From: Candidatus Poribacteria bacterium
Lineage (GTDB): Bacteria; Poribacteria; WGA-4E; PCPOR2b
Assembly (NCBI GenBank): GCA_965218095.1
Contig: OZ244587.1
Span: forward strand, 4,000,001 to 4,064,000
Direction: 5' to 3'
Length of the DNA stretch: 64,000 nucleotides
The position numbers and the translations under genes are program-made. Positions 51,836-61,411 of the stretch are shown one piece after another. Each line of letters starts with the position of its first letter. Within the stretch, counting starts at the first letter, position 1. A model generated the notes under the pieces. The model was given only the letters and a program-made list of their open reading frames with translations. It made no database searches and had not been told where the DNA came from.

Positions 51836-53191
51836 TTATTGTCCTAACGTGACGCTATCTGTGCTTTGAGGAAGAGTCATAATCACGGCGCCAATAAGAT
51901 TTCCCTCCATTGCAGCAACCTCAAATCGGAGGCCGTGCTCGTCGATCTGATATTCGCCGACCAATGGGATACGCCCAAAAAGCCCAAAGACATAACCGCC
52001 GATCGTATCTGCAATTCCCTCATCAATTTTCAGGTTAAACTGCTGATTTATCTGTCGCACGCTGACTCGTCCGAAGACCTCAATCACAAAGGAATTATCA
52101 GGGTGCGGAATGATCTCAGGATAAGCCAATGATGTATCATGTTCGTCGATGATGTCCCCGACGACTTCTTCGATAATATCTTCAATGGTGACGAGTCCGG
52201 AAATACCACCATACTCATCTAAAAGAATTGTCATTTCTGTTTTCTCATAGGTGAACTCCGATAGGAGATCGGCAATTTTTTTGGTTTCGAGAACAAAGAA
52301 AGGCGGACGTATAAGATTCGGTTCAGATTGTGTCTGTCTGAAAGCGTGACGTTTGATGAGAAAATCCTCAACTGTCACGTTTCTAATGTCTGTGTCTCGC
52401 CATAGGGGAATATCTTTGACGTGGAAAACGCCACAGATATTGTCGATCTGTTTCCGGTAGAGCGGGATACGGGAGAGACCAGCTTCCCTTGCTTTATCTA
52501 ATACTTCCTGGATTATGGTAGAGGACTCCATCGCGACCATTTCGGTTCGCGGCACCATAATCTCTTTGGCTTCAATCTCACGGAGTTCGAGGATGTTGCC
52601 TAAGATTTCACGCTCATCGGCTTGCAACGTTCCTTCCTCATGCGTATTGACAATTGCCTTGAAATCTTCTGCGGTGATACGGTCTTCTCTGGGAATATGA
52701 CTTCCGCCAAATAGTGGTATTAAAAGATTGGTGATACCCCGTAGAACGGTGCGTAAAGGGGAAATTAGCACGGAAAAGTTCCAAAGTGGACGTGCTGTGA
52801 TTCTGGAAAACCCTTCTGCGTATTTAATCGCATACGTTTTGGGAGTAATTTCCCCAACAATCAACAGCAGTAATGTAATGAGGACGGTTGCGGTAACAAT
52901 GGCGGGCACCGAAGGTCCTTGACCGAACAAATTGTAAATAAGGGAGGCGAAGATTGTCGCAAAGCCGGTGTTAATGAAGGTGTTTCCAAGCAGGATGGTG
53001 ATGAACAATCGGCGAGGATTGTCTACGAAATTGACGATCGCAGCGGCGCTTTTTCTCTTTTCGTTGCGGAGACGTTCAATCTGCACCTTGTTCAGGGCAC
53101 ACAGAGCCGTCTCAGAACCAGAGAAAAAACCAGATAAAAATAGGAGCAGCCCCAATCCAATTAAATGGGGCAAAAGCTGGTCAACTTCCAT
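51836..53191 (-). CDS. CNNM/CorC (hemolysin-family) transporter
   Basis: FFSGSETAL, GEITPK, MVPR, LDEYGG, TIGGY. Confidence 0.9.
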   Translation of the reverse strand: MEVDQLLPHLIGLGLLLFLSGFFSGSETALCALNKVQIERLRNEKRKSAAAIVNFVDNPRRLFITILLGNTFINTGFATIFASLIYNLFGQGPSVPAIVTATVLITLLLLIVGEITPKTYAIKYAEGFSRITARPLWNFSVLISPLRTVLRGITNLLIPLFGGSHIPREDRITAEDFKAIVNTHEEGTLQADEREILGNILELREIEAKEIMVPRTEMVAMESSTIIQEVLDKAREAGLSRIPLYRKQIDNICGVFHVKDIPLWRDTDIRNVTVEDFLIKRHAFRQTQSEPNLIRPPFFVLETKKIADLLSEFTYEKTEMTILLDEYGGISGLVTIEDIIEEVVGDIIDEHDTSLAYPEIIPHPDNSFVIEVFGRVSVRQINQQFNLKIDEGIADTIGGYVFGLFGRIPLVGEYQIDEHGLRFEVAAMEGNLIGAVIMTLPQSTDSVTLGQ

Positions 53192-53362
53192 TTTGGCTTG
53201 ACGCTTGAGGAGACCTTGAAATGTAATAAAGTTGAGTTAGGGCTGGGTTCTGTTGTTAGATTGTGAAGCCCACCATCACACAACACCACCCAGGAGAGTT
53301 AGCTAAAATTGTAGCACATAAATAGACAAACAGCAACAGAAAATCAAATATAATAGAGGTAG

Positions 53363-54016
53363 ATGATGACGAAACTGGAACAGATGCAACGGATTGAATC
53401 GTGTGGCGTTGTCGCCATCATCCGTGCGAATAGTTCCGCTGAACTGATTGAAGTCGCCGCAGCAATCAAAGAAGGGGGAGTCGATCTGATTGAAGTAACG
53501 ATGACCACCCCAAATGCATTAAACGTTATCAGTGATGTTGCTGCGCAGTATAGCAACCAGGTGCTTGTAGGGGTTGGATCTGTCCTTGATGCAGAGACAG
53601 CGCGGGCAGCCATGCTCGCAGGTGCAGAGTTTGTTGTCAGTCCCGTGACAAAACCTGATGTTATTGAGATCTGCAACCGATACAGTAAAGTCGTGATGCC
53701 GGGCGCATTTACGCCAACCGAGATTTTGAGTGCTTGGGAAGCCGGAGCGGACTATGTAAAGGTCTTCCCGTCAAGCGGTGTAGGGCCAAGCTACATCAAA
53801 GATGTGAAAGCACCAATGCCGCATATTCCACTGATTCCAACCGGTGGCGTCAATGTAAATAATGCCGGGGAATTCATCAAGGCGGGCTCAGCAGCACTTG
53901 GTGTTGGCAGCACACTCGTCAATAATAAGGTGATTGCCGAAGGCCGATTCAATCTCCTGACGGAGACAGCGAGAAAATTGGTGGAAGCTGTGCGGGGCGC
54001 CAAGGAAAACCAATGA
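53363..54016 (+). CDS. eda: KDPG/KHG aldolase
   Basis: VAIIR, IEVT, FVVSP, PGAFTPTE, VKVFP, PTGGV. Confidence 0.9.
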   Translation: MMTKLEQMQRIESCGVVAIIRANSSAELIEVAAAIKEGGVDLIEVTMTTPNALNVISDVAAQYSNQVLVGVGSVLDAETARAAMLAGAEFVVSPVTKPDVIEICNRYSKVVMPGAFTPTEILSAWEAGADYVKVFPSSGVGPSYIKDVKAPMPHIPLIPTGGVNVNNAGEFIKAGSAALGVGSTLVNNKVIAEGRFNLLTETARKLVEAVRGAKENQ

Positions 54017-54044
54017 GTTCAAAGGTACATCAGTTCATCGAACT

Positions 54045-54082
54045 TCCCGATTCTTGGATCGGGATTTCGCTTCGCTCAACCT
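54045..54082 (-). repeat. short palindromic repeat; a sister copy lies inside the PTPS gene
   Basis: Minus strand AGGTTGAGCGAAGCGAAATCCCGATCCAAGAATCGGGA versus 48517-48555. Confidence 0.7.
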
Positions 54083-54145
54083 GCACTAATGAACTCTTGA
54101 ATTTACCACGCTTCAATCATCACGTTCCGCGCTCGAAATTGACAG

Positions 54146-54174
54146 TTGACAGTTTACGTGTTTTGTGCTAATCT
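54146..54174 (+). promoter_or_regulatory. putative sigma70 promoter of the kinase gene
   Basis: TTGACA-17 bp-TAATCT with TGn extension. Confidence 0.5.
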
Positions 54175-54207
54175 CTCAGGCGGCAATACTCAGCACCATA
54201 ATTAAGG

Positions 54208-56187
54208 ATGATGCAGATGCAAATAAACGGACTCGTTTTAGGAAAATATCGTATTGAGAAACTGATTAACAACGGCAGTTTTGCCTCTGTTTTTCGGGCG
54301 AAAGAGGAGCTTACCAACCGTACAGTTGCCATCAAAACGCTGCCCAAATCCATCTACCCCGCAGGGCGGATGCGTTACCTGCTTACCGAACTGAGTGCGA
54401 TGGGGAGGAATTGGGGGCATCCGAACATCGTTTCCATCCATACCGTTGAACCCGGCGATGGCGAATACGTTGCGTATATTGTCATGGAGTACATTGATGG
54501 TCCCAGCTTGCGACGGTTGATGACAATGAAGCCTCCTGTTCCTCATTTGGCGATCAATATTGCCTTAGATATTTGCCGGGGGCTGATTGCGGCTCATGAA
54601 CATAACATTATCCACCGAGACATCAAGCCGCAAAATATTTTGCTGACTTCTGACCAAACAGCGAAGATCGCTGACTTCGGGGTAGCACGTATCCTTGAGG
54701 CAACCGGCGACTATGCTGGAACAATTACCGGGACACGGAAGTACATGGCGCCTGAGCAGTATGAAGGAAGTTACGATTATCGGGCGGACCTCTATTCAGC
54801 GGGGCTGATTCTCTATGAAATGCTCATGGGGAGATTTCCATTTCGAGGGAAAACGCATGATGAGGTCCAGATGAGGAAGCGATGCGAAGAGCTCGTGCTC
54901 GTATTCAACAGCGAACTCTTCGACGGTTTATGCGAACTTTTACAAAAGGCGTTGCATCGAGATGTGGAAGCGCGGTATCAAACGGCTACGGAGATGTATG
55001 ATGACTTAGATCATATTCGTAAAAAACGGTATACAGACACCGTATGGAAAACAATGACCGGTTACTCGAACCCGGCCCTACAGCGTGCAACGTTATCTGA
55101 ATATAGAGAGAATTTACGGCTCTCCACCGAAGTTGCGGAGAAAATCGAATTGGAAACACGCCACAAGCAGGAGGCGGAAGCAGAGCAACGGGAGCAGCAT
55201 AAACTGAAAAAGCACGTCAATGTGCACTATGATCAGGCAATTCAATATGTCCGCTCAACTCAGCCGCAGACGGCATTGCAGGAGATGCAACAAGCGCACC
55301 GTCTCTACTTGAGTGATGTCCAAGCAACGAAGAAAGCGGATTGGATATTCCGGAATTTATCCGATTTGATTGTTCCCCCCAAATCTCCCTCTACAGCAAA
55401 AGATCTGATCGATTTAATCGATCAATTGCCGGTTGACGAAATGTCGGCGCTCAAAGCATGGTTTTATGATCAATTTTTCCTCAGTGAACCGAGCGAACCT
55501 TCTTCTATCTTGGACTCGGATGTGGATGACACAGACAGTCATACCAGTTCCGGTTTGACGCCTCAAACCCTCAATCCGGAAGAGCCTGTTCCGGAATTCG
55601 TTTTGCAGAAACTTCATGAGGTGGTTCAAAATCCCCATGAGATGATTGCCGCCCAGATCCGTCAATCAGCTGAAGAATGTGCACAAGGCGGAAAAAGTAG
55701 ACGAGCCCGTGCGGAGTACAAAAAGCTTGGGGAATTTTATAGGAAATCCGCTGCGAACTTTATTGAATCGGGGGATTGGGGGTTGATTGCAGATTGTCAT
55801 GCGCGAGCACGGCTTGCCTACACAGCGGCTTGTCGTTCCGGTCGTGCGCGGCAGAGCGCACGGGAGGCGGGCAACTACTATGTGATGCTGGCAGACCTCC
55901 TTGAAAGACAACAGGATTGGGCGGAAGCCGGCAGGTTGTACGCACTTGCGGCAGAACATTACGCCCACGCCGGCCTGTCGGAGGAACCTGATGAAAGTCG
56001 GTTGCGTGCAACGATCTGCTATTTCAATGTCGCCGAAAATGCGCGTGCCGCAGGGAATCTCAATCTGGCTTACGATTATTGTGATAAAACGTTGATGATC
56101 TCGGAAGAGATGCAAAGAGCTTCCAATGCTGTGACGGGTGCACGAAAACTGATTCAGGAAATTGAAGGGCTTTTTACTGCAAGCTAG
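54208..56187 (+). CDS. Hanks-type Ser/Thr protein kinase with helical-repeat C-terminus
   Basis: VAIK, HRDIKPQN, DFG, YMAPE; TPR-like C-terminal helices; no TM segment seen. Confidence 0.88.
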   Translation: MMQMQINGLVLGKYRIEKLINNGSFASVFRAKEELTNRTVAIKTLPKSIYPAGRMRYLLTELSAMGRNWGHPNIVSIHTVEPGDGEYVAYIVMEYIDGPSLRRLMTMKPPVPHLAINIALDICRGLIAAHEHNIIHRDIKPQNILLTSDQTAKIADFGVARILEATGDYAGTITGTRKYMAPEQYEGSYDYRADLYSAGLILYEMLMGRFPFRGKTHDEVQMRKRCEELVLVFNSELFDGLCELLQKALHRDVEARYQTATEMYDDLDHIRKKRYTDTVWKTMTGYSNPALQRATLSEYRENLRLSTEVAEKIELETRHKQEAEAEQREQHKLKKHVNVHYDQAIQYVRSTQPQTALQEMQQAHRLYLSDVQATKKADWIFRNLSDLIVPPKSPSTAKDLIDLIDQLPVDEMSALKAWFYDQFFLSEPSEPSSILDSDVDDTDSHTSSGLTPQTLNPEEPVPEFVLQKLHEVVQNPHEMIAAQIRQSAEECAQGGKSRRARAEYKKLGEFYRKSAANFIESGDWGLIADCHARARLAYTAACRSGRARQSAREAGNYYVMLADLLERQQDWAEAGRLYALAAEHYAHAGLSEEPDESRLRATICYFNVAENARAAGNLNLAYDYCDKTLMISEEMQRASNAVTGARKLIQEIEGLFTAS

Positions 56188-56258
56188 CAAGATCGGTCTC
56201 TTCGACGTTCCTTACAAATCGTTGAGAGTTGGGGTGGGGAATGAAAGGAGTCGATAAC

Positions 56259-56386
56259 ATGGCTTATTCATGGATGAATCCGGTGACAATGGTTTAGTCG
56301 AAGGAAGTTCTGATTTTTATATCTTGGCAGGGATTTCAATTGAAGATCGGTATTGGAAAAAATATTTCTGGAAGATACAAGCATAG
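56259..56386 (+). pseudogene. DUF3800 family N-terminal remnant
   Basis: LFMDESGDNG....DFYILAGI; AAGGAG RBS; truncated at about 40 codons. Confidence 0.7.
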
Positions 56387-56515
56387 AAAAAGGGCTTCAG
56401 GAAAAATCCCGAAGCTCCATAGTCATGTCGTTATTAGCGCGCCCTATTCCGCCCTATATGAACGGATCAGCCGTGCATTGATAATATATCATGTGTCAAG
56501 GAAATTTATCGAAAA

Positions 56516-57304
56516 ATGAGAGCAAAGCAAATTAAATCAACCTTACGAAGCGGAGAAATTTTAGTTGGCACCTTCGTGATGGAATTTGCGGCTCCGTCAA
56601 TTGCGACCATCTTATCAAGCGCAGGTGCGGATTTCATCATTGTGGACATGGAACACACCACCTTTACGATGGAAACGGTCGGGCATATCGTCAGAGCAGC
56701 GAGGGGATCAGATCTCCCCAGTATTGTCCGTGTGCCAGAAATCGAGCGGCATTTTATCTCCAGAGCCCTTGACGCGGGCGCTTCCGGGGTGATGCTCCCG
56801 CGCATCGAATTCCGCGAAGATGTCGAAAAGGCCCTCAAGTGGGCGAAATACGCGCCAGAGGGCGACAGAGGAGTTGCATTCGGCATTGGGCACACCGATT
56901 ACGGCGACTTTCGGAAGTTGGATGGCGTGAAATACACCCATCAGGCGAATGAAGAAATCTTCGTCGTCGGACAGATCGAAACCGCGAAATCTGTGGAAAA
57001 TATCGACGAAATCCTTTCCAGCGGTGGACTAGACGCGATTTTCATCGGTCCCTATGACCTATCGACGTCGCTCGGTGTCTCAGGACAACTTGACCACCCG
57101 TTGGTTGTCGATGGCATCGAAAAGGTCATTTCCAAAGCGAAGGAACACCAGATTATCCTCGGAAGCTACGTCAACGATTTTGAGAGCGGAAAACAGTGGT
57201 TGGAGGCGGGCGTCCAGTTGATTGCCTGTGGGAACGACGCCTTTCTGATTACCTGTCGGTTTGCAGAGGAAAATCAGAAGTTTAAGGATTACGTATCACG
57301 GTGA
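56516..57304 (+). CDS. HpcH/HpaI aldolase family protein
   Basis: VDMEH, IVRVP, ALDAGA, QIET, FIGPYDLS. Confidence 0.9.
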   Translation: MRAKQIKSTLRSGEILVGTFVMEFAAPSIATILSSAGADFIIVDMEHTTFTMETVGHIVRAARGSDLPSIVRVPEIERHFISRALDAGASGVMLPRIEFREDVEKALKWAKYAPEGDRGVAFGIGHTDYGDFRKLDGVKYTHQANEEIFVVGQIETAKSVENIDEILSSGGLDAIFIGPYDLSTSLGVSGQLDHPLVVDGIEKVISKAKEHQIILGSYVNDFESGKQWLEAGVQLIACGNDAFLITCRFAEENQKFKDYVSR

Positions 57305-57308
57305 ACCG

Positions 57309-58322
57309 ATGAGCGAACAAACGTATGATATTTTAGCAATCGGACGCAGTTCGATTGATTTGTATTCCAACGACATCGGCGCGCCGTTTCCCGAAATTAC
57401 CAGCTTTGAGGCGTTTGTCGGCGGCTGTCCGACGAACATCAGCGTCGGCGTGCGAAGGCTTGGACTCCAATCCGCTGTCCTCACCGCGCTGGGCGAAGAT
57501 CCGGTAGGCGATTTCATCCTCAAATTCTTAAACGATGAGGGCGTCGAAACAAGATTTGTCCCTCGCAAGCCCGGGCACCGAACCAGCGCTGTTGTGCTTG
57601 GGATCGAGCCTCCCGATCGATTTCCGCTGGTCTACTATCGTGACAACTGCGCCGACATCGAACTCACGATTGACGATGTCCTCGCCGCACCGGTCGCCGA
57701 TAGCAAAGCACTGCTTATCTCCGGGACCGGACTCAGCAAAGAGCCGAGTCGAAGCGCGAACCTCTTTGCTGCTGAGTACGCCCGATCGATTGGGACCACT
57801 GTGTTTCTCGACCTCGACTTTCGCGCAGACCAGTGGGATGACTCCCGCGCTTTCGGCGTCGTCGTCAGGTCTGTGTTGCGGTTGGTTGATATCGCACTCG
57901 GAACGGAGGAAGAAGTCAAAGCCGCAAGTCTCACCGATGTCTCACAACTTTCTATCGAACACTCCCAGATATCGAACCCAAATATCAAAGGCGATGTCGC
58001 GGCGGCAATCGAGACGATTCTGAGTGGTGGACCGGGGGCATTGGTGATGAAGCGCGGTATTGAAGGTGCTAATGTTTATCTGTCTAGTGGAGAGGTTATT
58101 AACGCAGCCCCATTTCCCGTTGAGGTCTACAACACCCTCGGCGCGGGGGATGCCTTCGCCAGCGGTTTTATTTACGGACACTTGAAGGAGTGGGGTTGGG
58201 AGAAATCAGCGCGTTTGGGCAATGCGACCGGCGCGATTATCGTCACCCGGCACGGTTGCGCGAACTTTATGCCGACGATGCGTAAGGTTGCGGATTTTGT
58301 TGAGAAACGGGGTGGATGGTAA
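57309..58322 (+). CDS. iolC: 5-dehydro-2-deoxygluconokinase
   Basis: GRSSIDLY, VGGCPTN, GIEPPDRFPL.YYR, GAGDAF. Confidence 0.9.
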   Translation: MSEQTYDILAIGRSSIDLYSNDIGAPFPEITSFEAFVGGCPTNISVGVRRLGLQSAVLTALGEDPVGDFILKFLNDEGVETRFVPRKPGHRTSAVVLGIEPPDRFPLVYYRDNCADIELTIDDVLAAPVADSKALLISGTGLSKEPSRSANLFAAEYARSIGTTVFLDLDFRADQWDDSRAFGVVVRSVLRLVDIALGTEEEVKAASLTDVSQLSIEHSQISNPNIKGDVAAAIETILSGGPGALVMKRGIEGANVYLSSGEVINAAPFPVEVYNTLGAGDAFASGFIYGHLKEWGWEKSARLGNATGAIIVTRHGCANFMPTMRKVADFVEKRGGW

Positions 58323-58478
58323 GCAAGCGGCAGGGGCGCCCATCTGTAAAAGAACGCTACAATTTTTTTGAAAAAACTTTACATTTGATTTTTGTGGCAT
58401 ATTTAAAAAAACAGTGCGGAAATCGTTTGTACGTATGCCACAGATGGCGACCAACTTCCCAAAAAGGAAAACTTCATC

Positions 58479-61400
58479 ATGAAAACAACCTTGACGTTAC
58501 TTGTTCTTTTAACCCTGTTTTCACGAAACACCTTCGCCCAAGATTCCCCACAATGGCACCTACCCGAAGGTGTCAAAGCGCGCCTCGGCAAAGGCTGGAT
58601 AAGAGAAATAACGTATTCCCCGGACGGAAATCGCTTGGCGGTCGCCAGCAATATAGGGATTTGGATATACGATGCGCGCAGCGGTGAAGAACTTGACCTC
58701 CTCACGGGGCATACGTCCTGGGTCAATAGTGTCGCGTTCAGCCCTGATGGTGGCACGCTGGCGAGTGGGAGTCGGGACAATACGGTGCGGCTATGGGATG
58801 CCGTCACGGGGCGGCACAAAGCCACACTCACGGGGCATATATACTCGGTCTTGAGTGTTGCGTTCAGTCCCGATGGCGGCACGCTGGCGAGTGGGAGTGG
58901 GGATAAAATGGTGCGGCTGTGGGATGCCGTCACGGGGCGGCACAAAGCCACACTCACGGGGCATACGGACTCGGTCAATAGCGTATCGTTCAGTCCCGAT
59001 GGCGGCACGCTGGCGAGTGGGAGTGGGGATAAAATGGTGCGGCTGTGGGATGCCGTCACAGGGGGGCAAACCACACTCACGGGGCATACGGGGAGGGTCA
59101 ATAGTGTCGCGTTCAGCCCCGATGGCGGCACGCTGGCGAGTGGGAGTGACGACCATACGGTGCGGCTATGGGATGCCGTCACGGGGGGGCAAACCACACT
59201 CACGGAGCATACGGGGAGGGTCAATAGTGTCGCGTTCAGCCCCGATGGCGGCACGCTAGCAAGTGGGAGTGACGACCATACGGTGCGGCTATGGGATGCC
59301 GTCACGGGGGGGCAAACCACACTCACGGGGCATACGGGGAGGGTCAATAGTGTCGCGTTCAGCCCCGATGGCGGCACGCTGGCAAGTGGGAGTGACGACC
59401 ATACGGTGCGGCTATGGGATGCCGTCACAGGGGAGCAAACCACACTCACGGAGCATACGGGGAGGGTCAATAGTGTCGCATTCAGCCCCGATGGCGGCAC
59501 GCTGGCAAGTGGGAGTGACGACCATATGGTGCGGCTATGGGATGCCGTCACGGGGCGGCACAAAAAAACACTCACGGGGCATACGGGGAGGGTCAATAGT
59601 GTCGCGTTCAGCCCCGATGGCGGCACGCTGGCAAGTGGGAGTGACGACCATATGGTGCGGCTATGGGATGCCGTCACGGGGCGGCACAAAAAAACACTCA
59701 CGGGGCATACGTACTGGGTCTTGAGTGTCGCGTTCAGCCCCGATGGCGGCACGCTGGCGAGTGGGAGTCGGGACAATACGGTGCGGCTATGGGATGCCGT
59801 CACGGGGCGGCACAAAAAAACACTCACGGGGCATACGTCCTGGGTCAATAGTGTTGCGTTCAGCCCCGATGGCGGCACGCTGGCGAGTGGGAGTTCCGAC
59901 ACGGTGCGGCTATGGGATGCCGTCATGGGGGGGCACAAAGCCACGGAGCATACGAGGAGGGTCAATAGTGTCGCGTTCAGCCCCGATGGCGGCACGCTGG
60001 CGAGTGGGAGTTCCGACGGCACGGTGTGGCTGTGGGATGCCGTCACGGGGCGCAAAACCATACTCACGGGCACGGGGCGGCACAAAGTCAAACTCACGGG
60101 GCATACGAGGAGGGTCAATAGTGTCGCGTTCAGCCCCGATGGTGGCACGCTGGCGAGTGGGAGTTGGGACGAGACGGTGCGGCTATGGGATGCCGTCACG
60201 GGGGGGCACAAAGCCACACTCACGGGGCATACGTACTGGGTCTTGAGTGTCGCGTTCAGTCCCGATGGCGGCACGCTGGCGAGTGGGAGTTTCGACGGTA
60301 CGGTGCTCCTGTGGGAGCTCACACCGTCTGCCACCACGAACGCCGTTGTGAGTATCTCTCCCGCCTCGGTACAATCTCCGGCTATCGGAGAACCACTCAC
60401 ACTTGCCCTGAATATCGCAGATGGGGAAACCGTGGCAGGGTATCAGGCAACCGTGGGGTTCGATAAGACAGCACTCCGCTATGTGGAGAGCGCCAACGGT
60501 GATTATCTGCCTGATGGCGCGTTTGCGGTGCCCGCGGTTGTCTCAGGGACCGCGGTTGTCTCAGGGAATAGAGTAACGCTCGCGGCAACATCTCTCGCCG
60601 GAGAAAGCAACGGGGATGGCACGCTTGCCACCCTCACCTTTGAGGTTGTCGCCGTCAAGGCATCCACCTTGATCTTATCCGAAGTCATCCTCTCTGACAG
60701 CACTGGTGAAGCTTCGTGGCCTCGCGTTAAAAGCGGGCGGGTGGTCGAACCGCCACAGGTTGTTGGGGATGTCAATGGGGATGGGGTTGTGAACATTTTG
60801 GATTTGGCGCTCGTTGGCTCAAGTTTCGGGCAGACGGGGCAGAATGATGCGGATGTCAACGGGGATGGCGTTGTCAATATCGTTGACCTTGTCCTCGTTG
60901 CCAGCGCCTTCGATGCGGGGGCAGCCGCGCCTTCCGCACATCCACAGACACCGGCGATGCTCACCGCAGCAGACGTGCACCAGTGGCTCACCCAAGCGCA
61001 GCAAATGGCGCTGACAGATTCTGACTATCAGCGTGGCATTGCCGTGCTGGAACAACTCCTCGCGGCGTTGACCCCGAAAGAGACGGCACTATTGCCAAAC
61101 TACCCGAATCCGTTCAATCCGGAGACGTGGATACCATATCGCCTCGCTGAGGCTGCCGATGTAACGCTCACGATTTATGACACAAAAGGCGCGACGGTGC
61201 GTCGGTTGGAGCTTGGTCATCAGCCGGTGGGCTTCTACACCGCTCGGGCAAAGGCGGCGTATTGGGATGGCTGCAACGAAAGTGGGGAATCGGTGGCAAG
61301 CGGTTTGTATTTCTATCAACTCCGGGTGGGGCGCTCTGGACTCTCGGTGCCTCACCGGAGGGATTATACCGCGTTACGGCGGATGGTGATTCTAAAATAA
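58479..61400 (+). CDS. secreted WD40-repeat protein with cohesin-like, dockerin and FlgD-like C-terminal domains
   Basis: Signal peptide; 13 near-identical WD40 repeats plus one divergent; GYQATV.FD..AL.Y cohesin-like domain; two DVNGDGVVNI.DL motifs; LLPNYPNPFNPETWIPY...WDG.NE.GE.VASG.YFY. Confidence 0.9.
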   Translation: MKTTLTLLVLLTLFSRNTFAQDSPQWHLPEGVKARLGKGWIREITYSPDGNRLAVASNIGIWIYDARSGEELDLLTGHTSWVNSVAFSPDGGTLASGSRDNTVRLWDAVTGRHKATLTGHIYSVLSVAFSPDGGTLASGSGDKMVRLWDAVTGRHKATLTGHTDSVNSVSFSPDGGTLASGSGDKMVRLWDAVTGGQTTLTGHTGRVNSVAFSPDGGTLASGSDDHTVRLWDAVTGGQTTLTEHTGRVNSVAFSPDGGTLASGSDDHTVRLWDAVTGGQTTLTGHTGRVNSVAFSPDGGTLASGSDDHTVRLWDAVTGEQTTLTEHTGRVNSVAFSPDGGTLASGSDDHMVRLWDAVTGRHKKTLTGHTGRVNSVAFSPDGGTLASGSDDHMVRLWDAVTGRHKKTLTGHTYWVLSVAFSPDGGTLASGSRDNTVRLWDAVTGRHKKTLTGHTSWVNSVAFSPDGGTLASGSSDTVRLWDAVMGGHKATEHTRRVNSVAFSPDGGTLASGSSDGTVWLWDAVTGRKTILTGTGRHKVKLTGHTRRVNSVAFSPDGGTLASGSWDETVRLWDAVTGGHKATLTGHTYWVLSVAFSPDGGTLASGSFDGTVLLWELTPSATTNAVVSISPASVQSPAIGEPLTLALNIADGETVAGYQATVGFDKTALRYVESANGDYLPDGAFAVPAVVSGTAVVSGNRVTLAATSLAGESNGDGTLATLTFEVVAVKASTLILSEVILSDSTGEASWPRVKSGRVVEPPQVVGDVNGDGVVNILDLALVGSSFGQTGQNDADVNGDGVVNIVDLVLVASAFDAGAAAPSAHPQTPAMLTAADVHQWLTQAQQMALTDSDYQRGIAVLEQLLAALTPKETALLPNYPNPFNPETWIPYRLAEAADVTLTIYDTKGATVRRLELGHQPVGFYTARAKAAYWDGCNESGESVASGLYFYQLRVGRSGLSVPHRRDYTALRRMVILK
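58701..60317 (+). repeat. 13 tandem near-identical intragenic repeats of about 123-126 bp
   Basis: Recurring GTTCAGCCCCGATGGCGGCACGCTGGCGAGTGGGAGT and GTGCGGCTATGGGATGCCGTCACGGGG. Confidence 0.95.
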
Positions 61401-61411
61401 AGGAGACAACT

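Noticed and set aside
58701-60317. CRISPR array or diversity-generating retroelement
   Set aside because: Repeats are in-frame coding units without unique spacers; no cas or reverse transcriptase in the window; variation is not adenine-specific
61262-61411. N-terminal extension of IolD in the ORF track
   Set aside because: Overlaps the WD40 gene; RBS and homology begin at ATG 61412
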